Source: an uncultured Candidatus Saccharibacteria bacterium (GTDB lineage Bacteria > Patescibacteriota > Saccharimonadia > Saccharimonadales > JAGQNJ01). From it: 24,000 nucleotides of DNA. Below are positions 16,432 to 24,000 of this stretch, piece by piece. The notes under the pieces were generated by a model. That model did no database searches, had not been told where the DNA came from, and saw only the letters and a list, made by a program, of their open reading frames with translations. The position numbers and the translations under genes were made by a program. Every line of letters begins with the position of its first letter. The first letter of the stretch is position 1. Location of the stretch: positions 22,970-46,969 of the forward strand of contig CAZBSC010000002.1 of the NCBI GenBank assembly GCA_964494845.1, given 5' to 3'.

Positions 16432-17649
16432 ATGCTTACATTCAAATACACTGCTAGAGACCCAATTAGTGGGAAAAAGGTATCTGATAAGATTTCAGCT
16501 GAATCTGAACAAGCTGCAACTAAAGCTATTCAGAAAGAGGGGCTTGCCCCGATTGCAATAACGCCTATGAACACTTCAAAGGGTGGCATTAATAGGTTCA
16601 CTCATAGGATAAAAACAAAAGATAAAGTTTTGTTTTCTCGACAATTGTCTACCCTTATTAATGCCGGGCTACCCTTGGTGCAGAGCTTGAGGAATGTTTC
16701 GGGCCAAACCCAAAACAAAAAACTCCAAATAATAATCAACGATATTATTACTGATGTTGAATCTGGGCTCGCGTTCTCGGCTGCATTAGCAAAGTTCCCA
16801 GAGGTTTTTGATAACGTTTTTATTAACCTGGTGGCAGCAGGTGAAGCCTCAGGAACGTTAGATAAGGCATTAGATAGAATAGCTAACCAGAAAGAAAAAG
16901 ACGCTGAAATTATCAGTAAAGTTCGGGGAGCCATGGTCTACCCGATAATTGTTTTATGCGTCATGGCGGCGGTGGTTATATTTATGATAGTCGGTGTTTT
17001 GCCAACTATAGAGCAAGTTTACAAAGGCATCCCGGGTGCTGAACTGCCATTTGTAACCAAGGCATTGCTAGGAATCGCCCACTTTACGATAAAATTCTGG
17101 TGGCTAGAAATTATTCTGCTAATCATAATTGTTTTCTCTACAAGCCGCTGGGCCCGTACACTCGGAGGCAAAAGAATAATTGATAAGTTAAAAATGCGGG
17201 CATGGCCTATAGGACGATTATTCATGAAACTCTACATGGCTAGATTTACCAGGGTAGGATCTACTTTGGTGGCAAGTGGTGTACCACTAATCCAAATGCT
17301 CGAAATTACAGGCAAGTCTGTAAGTAACATTCACATAGAAGAATCTGTCGGCCGGGCGATTGAAAAAGTTAAAGGGGGCAAAGCTTTATCTGATTCTTTG
17401 AAGGGAGATCCCAATTTCTTAGAGTTGGTGCCCGATATGTTGCATATTGGCGAGCAGTCTGGTTCAGTCGAGCAAATGCTATCCAAAACAGCTGATTATT
17501 ACGAGAGAGAAGTTGACAACGAGATTAAGTCTATATCTACAATTATTGAACCTGCATTGATGATTCTGGTGGGCATAGTGGCAATAACAATCGTTACGGC
17601 AATATTGTTGCCAGTATATACTTTGGTCGGCAAGGACATTATTAAGTAG
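16432..17649 (+). CDS. pilC: type IV pilus platform protein PilC (two T2SSF domains)
   Basis: 405 aa. Duplicated GspF/PilC-type domains (FSRQLSTLINAGLPLVQSL... and FTRVGSTLVASGVPLIQML...) with three hydrophobic TM regions. Confidence 0.95.
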   Translation: MLTFKYTARDPISGKKVSDKISAESEQAATKAIQKEGLAPIAITPMNTSKGGINRFTHRIKTKDKVLFSRQLSTLINAGLPLVQSLRNVSGQTQNKKLQIIINDIITDVESGLAFSAALAKFPEVFDNVFINLVAAGEASGTLDKALDRIANQKEKDAEIISKVRGAMVYPIIVLCVMAAVVIFMIVGVLPTIEQVYKGIPGAELPFVTKALLGIAHFTIKFWWLEIILLIIIVFSTSRWARTLGGKRIIDKLKMRAWPIGRLFMKLYMARFTRVGSTLVASGVPLIQMLEITGKSVSNIHIEESVGRAIEKVKGGKALSDSLKGDPNFLELVPDMLHIGEQSGSVEQMLSKTADYYEREVDNEIKSISTIIEPALMILVGIVAITIVTAILLPVYTLVGKDIIK

Positions 17650-17666
17650 ATATGGTTAAAAAATAC

Positions 17667-17695
17667 TTGCTTTTGGTGTTCCACAGAGTTAGTAT
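17667..17695 (+). promoter_or_regulatory. candidate dedicated promoter of the major pilin gene
   Basis: -35 TTGCTT (17667-17672), 17-nt spacer, -10 TAGTAT (17690-17695). Located in the 94-bp pilC-pilin gap, with SD AGGGGG downstream. Confidence 0.35.
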
Positions 17696-17743
17696 TTAAG
17701 CATAAGTATAAATAAACAATCCGCACAGGGGGCATATTGCGAC

Positions 17744-18202
17744 ATGAATAAACTAAAAACAAAACAACAGGGTTTCACGATTATAGAGGTCATGATTGTG
17801 CTAGTAATAGCATCAGTAATACTTTTGATAGTGTTTTTGGCTGTTCCAGCATTACAAAGAAACTCTCGTAATAATCAACGGAAGAACGATGTTAGTCGCT
17901 TATTGAGCGCAGTTACGGAATGGTCAAACAATAACAATGGCAAACTACCTACCACGGATGATGAGAAATTATCAGCACTGCTTAACGTGGGTCAGGGGAG
18001 CTATTATTCAGAGGCTCCGACTTGGCAATCTGGCAAAGTAACAAATAGTATGGATGCTGAGCACATAACAATTGTTACAAAAGCATCCTGCGATGCTAAT
18101 GGCGATGATACTGTAACTACAGCTAGTGGCAGGCGTTTCGCTGTATTGTACGCGGTGGAAACAGGTAGTGGTACACCAGATAAAACTTGCACTGAATCTT
18201 GA
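17744..18202 (+). CDS. pilA: major type IVa-like pilin (prepilin)
   Basis: 152 aa. Short basic leader MNKLKTKQQG, then the cleavage/methylation site G|FTIIEVMIVLVIASVILLIVFLAV with Glu at +5. There is a C-terminal Cys pair (C116/C149) for a D-region disulfide. The gene is flanked by its own promoter-like element and a terminator. Confidence 0.9.
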   Translation: MNKLKTKQQGFTIIEVMIVLVIASVILLIVFLAVPALQRNSRNNQRKNDVSRLLSAVTEWSNNNNGKLPTTDDEKLSALLNVGQGSYYSEAPTWQSGKVTNSMDAEHITIVTKASCDANGDDTVTTASGRRFAVLYAVETGSGTPDKTCTES

Positions 18203-18226
18203 GGATAACAATCTAGATTGATTTAT

Positions 18227-18255
18227 AAAGCTTCATTCTGGAGCTTTATTTTTCT
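18227..18255 (+). terminator. rho-independent terminator/attenuator after the major pilin gene
   Basis: AAAGCTTCA (18227-18235) pairs with TGGAGCTTT (18239-18247): 8-9 bp including one G-U. It is followed by ATTTTTCT. Confidence 0.65.
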
Positions 18256-18291
18256 ACTTGCAGTCAAAAAGGATTAGAATATAACCAAGAT

Positions 18292-19107
18292 ATGATTTTT
18301 ATTATTTTAGTATTACTCGGCCTATGTTTTGGCAGTTTTGTTAATGCAGCTGTTTGGCGGATTCACGAGCAGCAATCAACAAAACCAAAGCATAATAATT
18401 TGTCCGTTGTAGCGGGAAGATCTATGTGCCCTAACTGCTCTCACGTATTATCCGCATTAGATTTAATCCCAGTTTTGAGCTGGGTTTGGCTAAGGGGAAA
18501 ATGTCGTTATTGTCATAAAAAAATATCTTGGCAGTACCCAACAGTTGAAATCGCAACGACTGTATTGTTTGTTCTTTCTTATGTATATTGGCCGTTTAAT
18601 TTTGATTCGTTAGGCATGCTCCAATTTTCTTTGTGGTTAGTTTTTCTAATTGGATTTATGGTAATTTTTGTTTATGACACAAAATGGATGATAATCCCCA
18701 ATAGAGTAATATACCCACTAATCGTGCTCGGTATTGTTTATGTATTACTATCGTCAATAGCAAATGGCTCTTTTGACCCAATTATCCGAGCTTTATACGG
18801 AGTTATTATTGCCAGTGGCCTTTTCTATGGCTTGTTTCAAATATCTGGTGGTAAATGGATAGGTGGTGGTGATGTGAAGCTTGGATTTGCAATTGGTCTA
18901 ATAATTGGTGGGGCAACTCAAGCAGTTTTGGTGCTTTTCATAGCCTCTTTACTGGGATGCTTTGTTTCTATCCCACTATTAATTTCTGGTCAGGGCAGAA
19001 AAAAGAAAGTTCCGTTCGGTCCATTTTTGATAATAGCTACGTTTGTAGTTATGTTGTTTGGTGCTAGTATCTCAACTTGGTATCAAAACAACATTCTACT
19101 ACTGTAA
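18292..19107 (+). CDS. pilD: prepilin peptidase / N-methyltransferase PilD (A24 family)
   Basis: 271 aa. N-terminal CPNC...CRYC zinc-type motif. Catalytic Asp contexts FVYDTKWMIIPN and GGGDVKLGF. Multiple TM helices. Confidence 0.92.
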   Translation: MIFIILVLLGLCFGSFVNAAVWRIHEQQSTKPKHNNLSVVAGRSMCPNCSHVLSALDLIPVLSWVWLRGKCRYCHKKISWQYPTVEIATTVLFVLSYVYWPFNFDSLGMLQFSLWLVFLIGFMVIFVYDTKWMIIPNRVIYPLIVLGIVYVLLSSIANGSFDPIIRALYGVIIASGLFYGLFQISGGKWIGGGDVKLGFAIGLIIGGATQAVLVLFIASLLGCFVSIPLLISGQGRKKKVPFGPFLIIATFVVMLFGASISTWYQNNILLL

Positions 19108-19134
19108 AAAGGGTCTATTAGACCTTCTTGCTTA

Positions 19135-19143
19135 TGCTATACT
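19135..19143 (+). promoter_or_regulatory. extended -10 element TGcTATACT 7 nt upstream of the first minor-pilin ATG
   Basis: Same TGnTATACT box as upstream of pilM. There is no SD. A weak hairpin GGTCT/AGACC (19112-19124) lies just after the pilD stop. Confidence 0.35.
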
Positions 19144-19150
19144 TAAGTCA

Positions 19151-19984
19151 ATGGGTAAAGGGGTAAGAAATACCAAACGATCTCCGTATCGGAGGCGCAA
19201 TGGCTATACAATTGTAGAGACCATGATATTCTTGGCTGTTTCAGGGGTTATACTCTCCACTTCTTTGTTATTTTTCAGAGGCAGGCAAGAAAGAATCCAG
19301 TATACACAGGGTGTTCGAGAGGTTGAGTCACAGATAAAAACAATCATGAATGAGGTCTCTAGCGGATATTTTCCAAATGATGGTAGTTTTACGTGCGCAG
19401 GAGGTGGGGCAGCTGGACCAATCTTGAATTTTGCTGCGACGGGTGGCCAGGGGACAAATGAAGATTGTGTATTTTTGGGCAAGGTAATCAGGTTTAATGA
19501 AGGTTCAAACTATTCTTCATATTCTGTTCTCGGGTTAAGAAAAACAGGCGATGAATTGTCATCGACTCTTGCAGGAGCTAAGCCCATAATAAACGAGAAG
19601 ATTGGCGAAACCTATGCATTGCCCTGGGGAATAAAAGTGACAAAAGTTGCCAACGTAGACGGTACGCCACCGAATATCAGTTCCGTAGGTTTGATATTAT
19701 CTTTAGGAGCATCGTCGGGCGCTCCTGACCCAGCTGGCTTTTCATCAGGTTCTAGGTCCGCTGATTTATTGCCAATTATCGACACTAACGGATTAAGTGA
19801 TGACTTTTCTAGAGTTTCATCAGGTGTTAATGGAATGTTAGATAGCCAAAGACGCCCGAAAAAAATAATAATTTGCCTGGTTTCAGGTAGTGGAGATAGA
19901 AAATCTGCGATTGTTTTAGGTGGTGAAGGCAAGCAATTGAGTGCCGAAACATTTATAGATTCAACTTTCCCGGAGTGCAATTAA
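19151..19984 (+). CDS. minor (pseudo)pilin with long basic leader
   Basis: I use ATG 19151; the ORF track's 19058 start would overlap pilD by 50 nt. Leader MGKGVRNTKRSPYRRRNG, then G|YTIVETMIFLAVSGVILSTSLLFF with Glu at +5. 277 aa. Confidence 0.75.
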   Translation: MGKGVRNTKRSPYRRRNGYTIVETMIFLAVSGVILSTSLLFFRGRQERIQYTQGVREVESQIKTIMNEVSSGYFPNDGSFTCAGGGAAGPILNFAATGGQGTNEDCVFLGKVIRFNEGSNYSSYSVLGLRKTGDELSSTLAGAKPIINEKIGETYALPWGIKVTKVANVDGTPPNISSVGLILSLGASSGAPDPAGFSSGSRSADLLPIIDTNGLSDDFSRVSSGVNGMLDSQRRPKKIIICLVSGSGDRKSAIVLGGEGKQLSAETFIDSTFPECN

Positions 19985-19987
19985 ATT

Positions 19988-20446
19988 ATGATTAGGTTTC
20001 ATAAAAATCAGATGGGGGATACGATAGTAGAAGTTTTGATTGCTGTTGCAGTCATGGGTATATCTATTGGTCTTGCGTACGGAATTTCAAATCGCAGCCT
20101 GAAGTCTGCTCGTCAGTCACAAGAAAGACTGGAAGCACTTAAACTAGTTGAGGGACAAGTTGAGCAACTAAAAGCATTATCATATTCAACGGATAATAAA
20201 GGAATTTTTTCCGAAAATTCAGCTTTTTGTATAAATAATGGCGATAAAGTCGTTTCGACTGATTTAATTCTAGGCGACCTAGATTCAGACCCACTGACTA
20301 AATATAATCCGGACTGTATAAAGGGCCTATATCACATAGCCGTAAAGCGTAATAGTAACGAATTTACTATTGCTGCTAGGTGGTTTGGTATCAATGGTCT
20401 GAATGTCGAAGAAGTTAAATCAAGGTATAGGTTATTCGATCAATGA
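19988..20446 (+). CDS. PilV-like minor pilin
   Basis: 152 aa. MIRFHKNQMG|DTIVEVLIAVAVMGISIGLAYG with Glu at +5. It is followed by the helical segment SARQSQERLEALKLVEGQVEQLKAL, typical of PilV-type proteins. Confidence 0.7.
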   Translation: MIRFHKNQMGDTIVEVLIAVAVMGISIGLAYGISNRSLKSARQSQERLEALKLVEGQVEQLKALSYSTDNKGIFSENSAFCINNGDKVVSTDLILGDLDSDPLTKYNPDCIKGLYHIAVKRNSNEFTIAARWFGINGLNVEEVKSRYRLFDQ

Positions 20447-21096
20447 TGAACATAATAAAGCGACTATACAAAACTCAATCCGACGGTTTCACTATCATCG
20501 AACTGATGATTGCGATTACGATTTTCTCAGTAGTTCTCTTGGCTGCAGGAGCAACACTAACTCAAATAAGCAGACTTTATTATAAGGGCGTAATAACCAA
20601 CAAAACTCAAAATATTTCTAGAAGTTTAATTGATGAAATATCTCAAAATCTACAATTTAGTAGCGGTGTAGTTAATTCGGCTGCTAATGGCCAGACGCAG
20701 AGCGTGTGTATTGGCTCAACTCGATATACGTTCGTTCTTAATAAACAGATTAAACAGGGAGATCCAGGAAATTTGCACGCTTTGTGGCGAGACAAGATAT
20801 CCGGGGTAGGTAGTTGCGGCGATAACCAACCAAACCTATCTGATGAAAATCCGGTTGGCGATGAGGGCAAAGAGCTGTTAGAAACTGGCATGAGATTGAA
20901 GTCTTTGTCTGTTACAGATACTGGCCGTAACGAAATATATTCAATAACTGTCGGTGTAATGCACGGAGATGACGATCTTATTAACTTTACAAGCCCGGGG
21001 AATCCGAAGGACTGCAAGGGAGATATCACTGGTTCGCAGTGGTGCGCATTGTCCGAATTAACTACTCAAATATATTCTAGGGTTCGTGTACACTAA
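20443..21096 (+). CDS. PilW-like minor pilin
   Basis: 217 aa. 4-nt ATGA overlap with the previous gene. Leader ...KTQSDG|FTIIELMIAITIFSVVLLAAGATL with Glu at +5. Confidence 0.75.
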   Translation: MMNIIKRLYKTQSDGFTIIELMIAITIFSVVLLAAGATLTQISRLYYKGVITNKTQNISRSLIDEISQNLQFSSGVVNSAANGQTQSVCIGSTRYTFVLNKQIKQGDPGNLHALWRDKISGVGSCGDNQPNLSDENPVGDEGKELLETGMRLKSLSVTDTGRNEIYSITVGVMHGDDDLINFTSPGNPKDCKGDITGSQWCALSELTTQIYSRVRVH

Positions 21097-21103
21097 TAAT
21101 ATT

Positions 21104-22180
21104 ATGAAAAGCGTTAGAACAATAAATAGATTGGCCAAAGACGAAAAAGGGATAGCCTCAATTATGGTGGCAGGTATATTTATCGTCATAATATCATTAG
21201 TAGCTACGGGTTTTGCTACATTAATGCGCCGCGAACAGCGACAAGCATTAGACAAACAGTTGAGCACGCAGGCATATTACGCCGCTGAATCAGGGGTAAA
21301 TGATGCAATAAAATATTTAGCCACCCATCCTTCGGCAAAGTCATCGGACTGCAGTAAAACTGCTGATGTAACTGGGAATACTTCATTTGGGACAAATAAC
21401 GATGCGATCTCATACACTTGTGTTTTAGTTGATACCACTCCTGATTCATTAAATTACAACCCGATTTCTACAGACAAATCTACAATTTTAAAACTTAATG
21501 CAGCGGGGGCGGATACCATAAATATTAGCTGGCAAGATTGGGCAAATAATCAAAATTATGTAACTGCATCTGATGGCCATCCGTTATCCAACGCAGATTC
21601 TAGGGGAGTATTGCACGATGAAGTATGGCAATCAGGCGTTCTTCGCGTATCTTTGATGCCCATAACTCAACCAATCACCAGAGAAAAACTAATAAAAGAG
21701 ACCCAGACGTTGTTTTTGTATCCTAACTTGAACACCACAACCGGTAGAAAGGGTACTCATCAATTTTCTGCATCTAAAGCCGGACAAGGTGTTTTTGTGG
21801 ACGGCGAGTGTAATCCTGCCAATAGCGATATTAATCCTGAAATAACCCCCTATGACTGTAATATGAAGATTACTAACTTACCTGCTGGGGTAGATTCTTA
21901 CTATATTCGGCTAAAATCGATCTTGACTAACCATTCTGTTCAGATCACCGCTAATGGTGACGGTAATCAGATTGAGTTACCAGGAACGCAAGCCGTCATT
22001 GATGCTACTGGTAAAGCTAACGACGTGCTTCGTCGAATTCAGGTTAGAGTTCCCCTAAACGCAGATTATAGCTATCCAGAGTTTGGTTTAGAGACAACTA
22101 ATGCGATATGTAAAGATCTAGAATTATATGTTCATATTCCTGGCGCATATCCTAATGCAGACAGGGATAACTGCTCATAA
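21104..22180 (+). CDS. PilX-like minor pilin / pilus-tip component (no Glu+5)
   Basis: ATG 21104; GTG 21086 is the alternative start. KDEKG|IASIMVAGIFIVIISLVATGFATLMRREQRQALDKQLSTQAYYAAESGVNDAIKYL matches the PilX N-terminal pattern (hydrophobic helix then ...A..AEsG...A). A large ~300-aa C-terminal domain contains several Cys. Confidence 0.7.
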   Translation: MKSVRTINRLAKDEKGIASIMVAGIFIVIISLVATGFATLMRREQRQALDKQLSTQAYYAAESGVNDAIKYLATHPSAKSSDCSKTADVTGNTSFGTNNDAISYTCVLVDTTPDSLNYNPISTDKSTILKLNAAGADTINISWQDWANNQNYVTASDGHPLSNADSRGVLHDEVWQSGVLRVSLMPITQPITREKLIKETQTLFLYPNLNTTTGRKGTHQFSASKAGQGVFVDGECNPANSDINPEITPYDCNMKITNLPAGVDSYYIRLKSILTNHSVQITANGDGNQIELPGTQAVIDATGKANDVLRRIQVRVPLNADYSYPEFGLETTNAICKDLELYVHIPGAYPNADRDNCS

Positions 22181-22181
22181 T

Positions 22182-23096
22182 TTAACTTGGATCTTTGTGA
22201 AATTGATCGTGGATCTTTTTAAGGTGTGGGTCTGTTACGTGGGTATAGATCTGCGTGGTTGCTACGTTACTGTGGCCTAGCATGGCCTGAACGCTTCGTA
22301 GGTCTGCTCCGTTCATCAGTAGATCGGTCGCGAATGAGTGTCGCAAAGTGTGTGGGGACACATGCTTAGTTATGCCCGCTAACTTTGCGTATCGTTCAAC
22401 CAACCTCTGGATGCTCCTTGCAGTTAGTCGTTTGTAGTCTCCGGTCATATCAGATTTAGAATTACCGCTGTAACTGATAAACAATGCCGGCAAACTGTCA
22501 CGGCGCATGTCTAGATATTTCTGGACCCAAGTTGCGGCCGACTCGCTAATAAATACAGGCCTGTCTTTTTGCCCTTTGCCCCTGACCATAAATTCTCGCC
22601 TAGTCATATTCACGTGGTCTCGGTTCAGTTTGACCAGTTCCGATACGCGCAGACCGCTGGAGAAAAGTAGCTCCAGTATTGCTCTGTCTCTCAGACCAGA
22701 TAACTCGGATATTTTAGGCTGCTCGAAAAGCCTATGCAGGTCTTCTTTGTCTAAAAAAGTCACTTGTTTGCGCCTGGTCCTTGCGAGCTCTATTTTGTCG
22801 GCACTCATGGCCGGGATGCCACGTTTGGCGCAGAATTTTAGAAAACTCCTTAGAGCTATCAAGTGATAGTTTTGGGTCGATTTGCCGAGCTCGTCCGCAG
22901 TATTTGTTCCTAAACGGTTTAGCCATAAGCGCCACTTCTGAATCATTTCAGGGTTTATATCTTTTACTGCTATGTCTCCAGCATAATCTTCCAGCCTAGT
23001 AAGGTAATGATCGTAATTAGCAATAGTTTTCTGAGAACGATTCTGCTCTATTTCTTGATATTCGAGGAAATCGGTCTTTGCTTTTGTGAATAGCAT
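22182..23096 (-). CDS. xerC: XerC/XerD-type site-specific tyrosine recombinase
   Basis: 304 aa. N-terminal SAM-like core-binding domain (KTIANYDHYLTRL). Catalytic-domain residues are present: RDRAILELLFSSGLRVSE, HTLRHSFATDLL, LGHSNVATTQIYTHV. The XerC versus XerD assignment is not resolvable by eye. Confidence 0.88.
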   Translation of the reverse strand: MLFTKAKTDFLEYQEIEQNRSQKTIANYDHYLTRLEDYAGDIAVKDINPEMIQKWRLWLNRLGTNTADELGKSTQNYHLIALRSFLKFCAKRGIPAMSADKIELARTRRKQVTFLDKEDLHRLFEQPKISELSGLRDRAILELLFSSGLRVSELVKLNRDHVNMTRREFMVRGKGQKDRPVFISESAATWVQKYLDMRRDSLPALFISYSGNSKSDMTGDYKRLTARSIQRLVERYAKLAGITKHVSPHTLRHSFATDLLMNGADLRSVQAMLGHSNVATTQIYTHVTDPHLKKIHDQFHKDPS

Positions 23097-23141
23097 ATTA
23101 TTATTGTATATGACATTAGCACTTTATGTTTCACTTATGCT

Positions 23142-23169
23142 TTAACTGACGATTTCCATCTGTTATAAT
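23142..23169 (+). promoter_or_regulatory. ndk promoter with extended -10
   Basis: TGtTATAAT (23161-23169) matches the extended -10 consensus. A -35-like TTAACT (23142-23147) sits at 16-nt spacing. Confidence 0.45.
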
Positions 23170-23230
23170 TGAAATTAACTTAGCCGTGGGCAAGTTGAAC
23201 AAATCATTAGTGCAAAGGAGCATAAACCTC

Positions 23231-23695
23231 GTGGAAAGAACATTGATTATTGCAAAGCCAGACGCCGTTCAGAGAGGTCTAGTTGGCGAGATTGTACGAA
23301 GGCTAGAACAAAAAGGCCTTAAGCTAATTGGCATGAAAATGATGAGTCTCGATGACGCGATACTAAAAGATCATTACATTGAGCACGTCGATAAGTCTTT
23401 TTATTCAGACCTAGAATCTTTTATGAAAAGCTCTCCTGTTGTGGTTATGGCATGGGAAGGATTCGAGTGTGTCAATTCTGTCCGTATCCTAGTCGGGGCG
23501 ACTAACCCAAGGGCTGCTGATGCTGGAACAATCCGTGGCGACTTTGCGATAGGCGAGGGCCGCAACCTTGTACATGCTTCTGATAGTGCCGAAACCGGCA
23601 CTAAGGAAGTTGCTAGATTTTTCAGTGATACCGAGCTATTCACTTATGAAAAGTCAGAGTATGCAAATGTCTATCCTGACCACGAACGCAATTAG
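23231..23695 (+). CDS. ndk: nucleoside-diphosphate kinase
   Basis: (V)ERTLIIAKPDAVQRGLVGEIV..., and the active-site His in NLVHASDS. I prefer GTG 23231, which gives the canonical ERTL N-terminus and has SD AAGGAG 10 nt upstream. The ORF track's GTG 23186 would add 15 non-conserved residues. Confidence 0.9.
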   Translation: MERTLIIAKPDAVQRGLVGEIVRRLEQKGLKLIGMKMMSLDDAILKDHYIEHVDKSFYSDLESFMKSSPVVVMAWEGFECVNSVRILVGATNPRAADAGTIRGDFAIGEGRNLVHASDSAETGTKEVARFFSDTELFTYEKSEYANVYPDHERN

Positions 23696-23707
23696 TCTAA
23701 CTATATT

Positions 23708-23782
23708 TGGTGTCCCCATCACGATTCGAACGTGAATCTAGTCCTTAGGAGGGACTTGTTCTATCCATTGAACTATGGGGAC
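23708..23782 (-). tRNA. tRNA-Arg (anticodon CCU), CCA encoded
   Basis: The minus strand is GTCCCCA-TA-GTTC-AATGGATA-GAAC-A-AGTCC-CTCCTAA-GGACT-AGAT-TCACG-TTCGAAT-CGTGA-TGGGGAC-A-CCA. This folds as a perfect 7/4/5/5-bp cloverleaf with a canonical T-loop and anticodon CCT. 75 nt. Confidence 0.9.
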
Positions 23783-23843
23783 ATGCGTCCGACTAATGAC
23801 AAAATCATCATAACCCAAAAATGCTGTTGTAACCATCAAAACT

Positions 23844-23852
23844 TGATATAAT
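23844..23852 (+). promoter_or_regulatory. extended -10 element TGaTATAAT upstream of the last partial gene
   Basis: Perfect TGnTATAAT ends 24 nt before the ATG at 23877. No clear -35 and no SD. Confidence 0.3.
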
Positions 23853-23876
23853 ATATTTGTTCGATAAAAAACAAAA

Positions 23877-24000
23877 ATGAAAAAACAAACCAATCTGGTT
23901 TTAGCTGGTTCAATAATCGGTATATCGATAGCTTTAATGCTATTCGCAGTTTCCAAATATCGTTGGACTGGAACAAAAACCCCAGAAAATAATGCCGATA
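23877..24000 (+). CDS. partial (5' end) hypothetical membrane-anchored protein
   Basis: The frame stays open from ATG 23877 to the window end: MKKQTNLVLAGSIIGISIALMLFAVSKYRWTGTKTPENNAD. This is a typical basic N-terminus plus signal/anchor helix. It is truncated by the window. Confidence 0.4.
   Translation, partial: MKKQTNLVLAGSIIGISIALMLFAVSKYRWTGTKTPENNAD

Noticed and set aside
19058-19150. N-terminal extension of the first minor pilin proposed by the ORF track (start 19058).
   Set aside because: It would overlap pilD by 50 nt and add 31 residues before a leader that already looks complete (MGKGVRNTKRSPYRRRNG|YTIVE). ATG 19151 is preceded by a promoter-like box.
20403-20585. 60-aa ORF straddling the PilV-like/PilW-like junction.
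   Set aside because: It is out of frame with two pilin genes that have clear class III signal peptides, and it has no SD or recognisable features.
23097-23185. Search for a dif-like Xer target next to the recombinase gene, as seen in XerS/XerH systems.
   Set aside because: I could identify no 28-31-bp imperfect palindrome with a central spacer here. There are only promoter-like AT-rich hexamers.
22182-23782. A tyrosine recombinase close to a tRNA gene, as a sign of an integrated mobile element carrying the pilus locus.
   Set aside because: The recombinase has the housekeeping XerC/D architecture. ndk separates it from the tRNA. I found no direct repeat of the tRNA 3' end elsewhere in the window. 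The flanking genes are core housekeeping genes. The recombinase region looks somewhat more GC-rich by eye, but I cannot quantify that reliably.
23738-23956. 72-aa minus-strand ORF.
   Set aside because: Its 3' part overlaps the tRNA-Arg gene, and the rest covers an AT-rich intergenic region and the start of a plus-strand membrane protein. It is spurious.
1-24000. Alternative genetic code (UGA recoding, as in some CPR lineages), CRISPR arrays, rRNA, transposases, toxin-antitoxin or known defence-system genes.
   Set aside because: TGA terminates tlyA, pilM, pilT, the major pilin and the PilV-like gene at the expected protein ends. No spaced direct-repeat arrays, rRNA-like segments or nuclease/transposase-like ORFs are present.

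Overview
The window is gene-dense, AT-rich bacterial chromosome that uses the standard genetic code (TGA, TAA and TAG all terminate recognisable genes). The gene content and style point to a Patescibacteria/CPR organism such as a Saccharibacterium: compact housekeeping genes, many membrane-anchored orphan proteins, and a monoderm-style type IV pilus (T4P) locus with no outer-membrane parts. That lineage call is inference only and needs a database search.

Layout, left to right:
- A partial upstream gene and a membrane orphan.
- rpsF-ssb-(small 2-TM ORF)-rpsR, a coiled-coil orphan, efp and tlyA.
- A convergent Crp/Fnr-family regulator, which is divergent from a bacterial PH-domain protein across an intergenic region carrying a near-perfect CRP-type palindrome.
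- ychF.
- A translationally coupled pair: a Cys-repeat membrane protein and a cupredoxin-like protein.
- A roughly 1000-aa modular membrane-anchored protein.
- An 11.3-kb co-directional T4P locus: pilM-pilN-pilO-like-(83-aa TM ORF)-pilB-pilT-pilC-major pilin-pilD-four minor pilins.
- A convergent Xer-type tyrosine recombinase, ndk, tRNA-Arg(CCU), and the start of another membrane protein.

No CRISPR array, rRNA, transposase or obvious defence system is visible.

The most interesting items are:
- The large PpiD/PrsA-like beta-rich fusion protein at the head of the pilus locus.
- The Cys-repeat/cupredoxin pair.
- A cysteine-free PilB.
- EF-P with Arg at the loop tip.
- Recurrent extended -10 boxes placed at leaderless distance from start codons.
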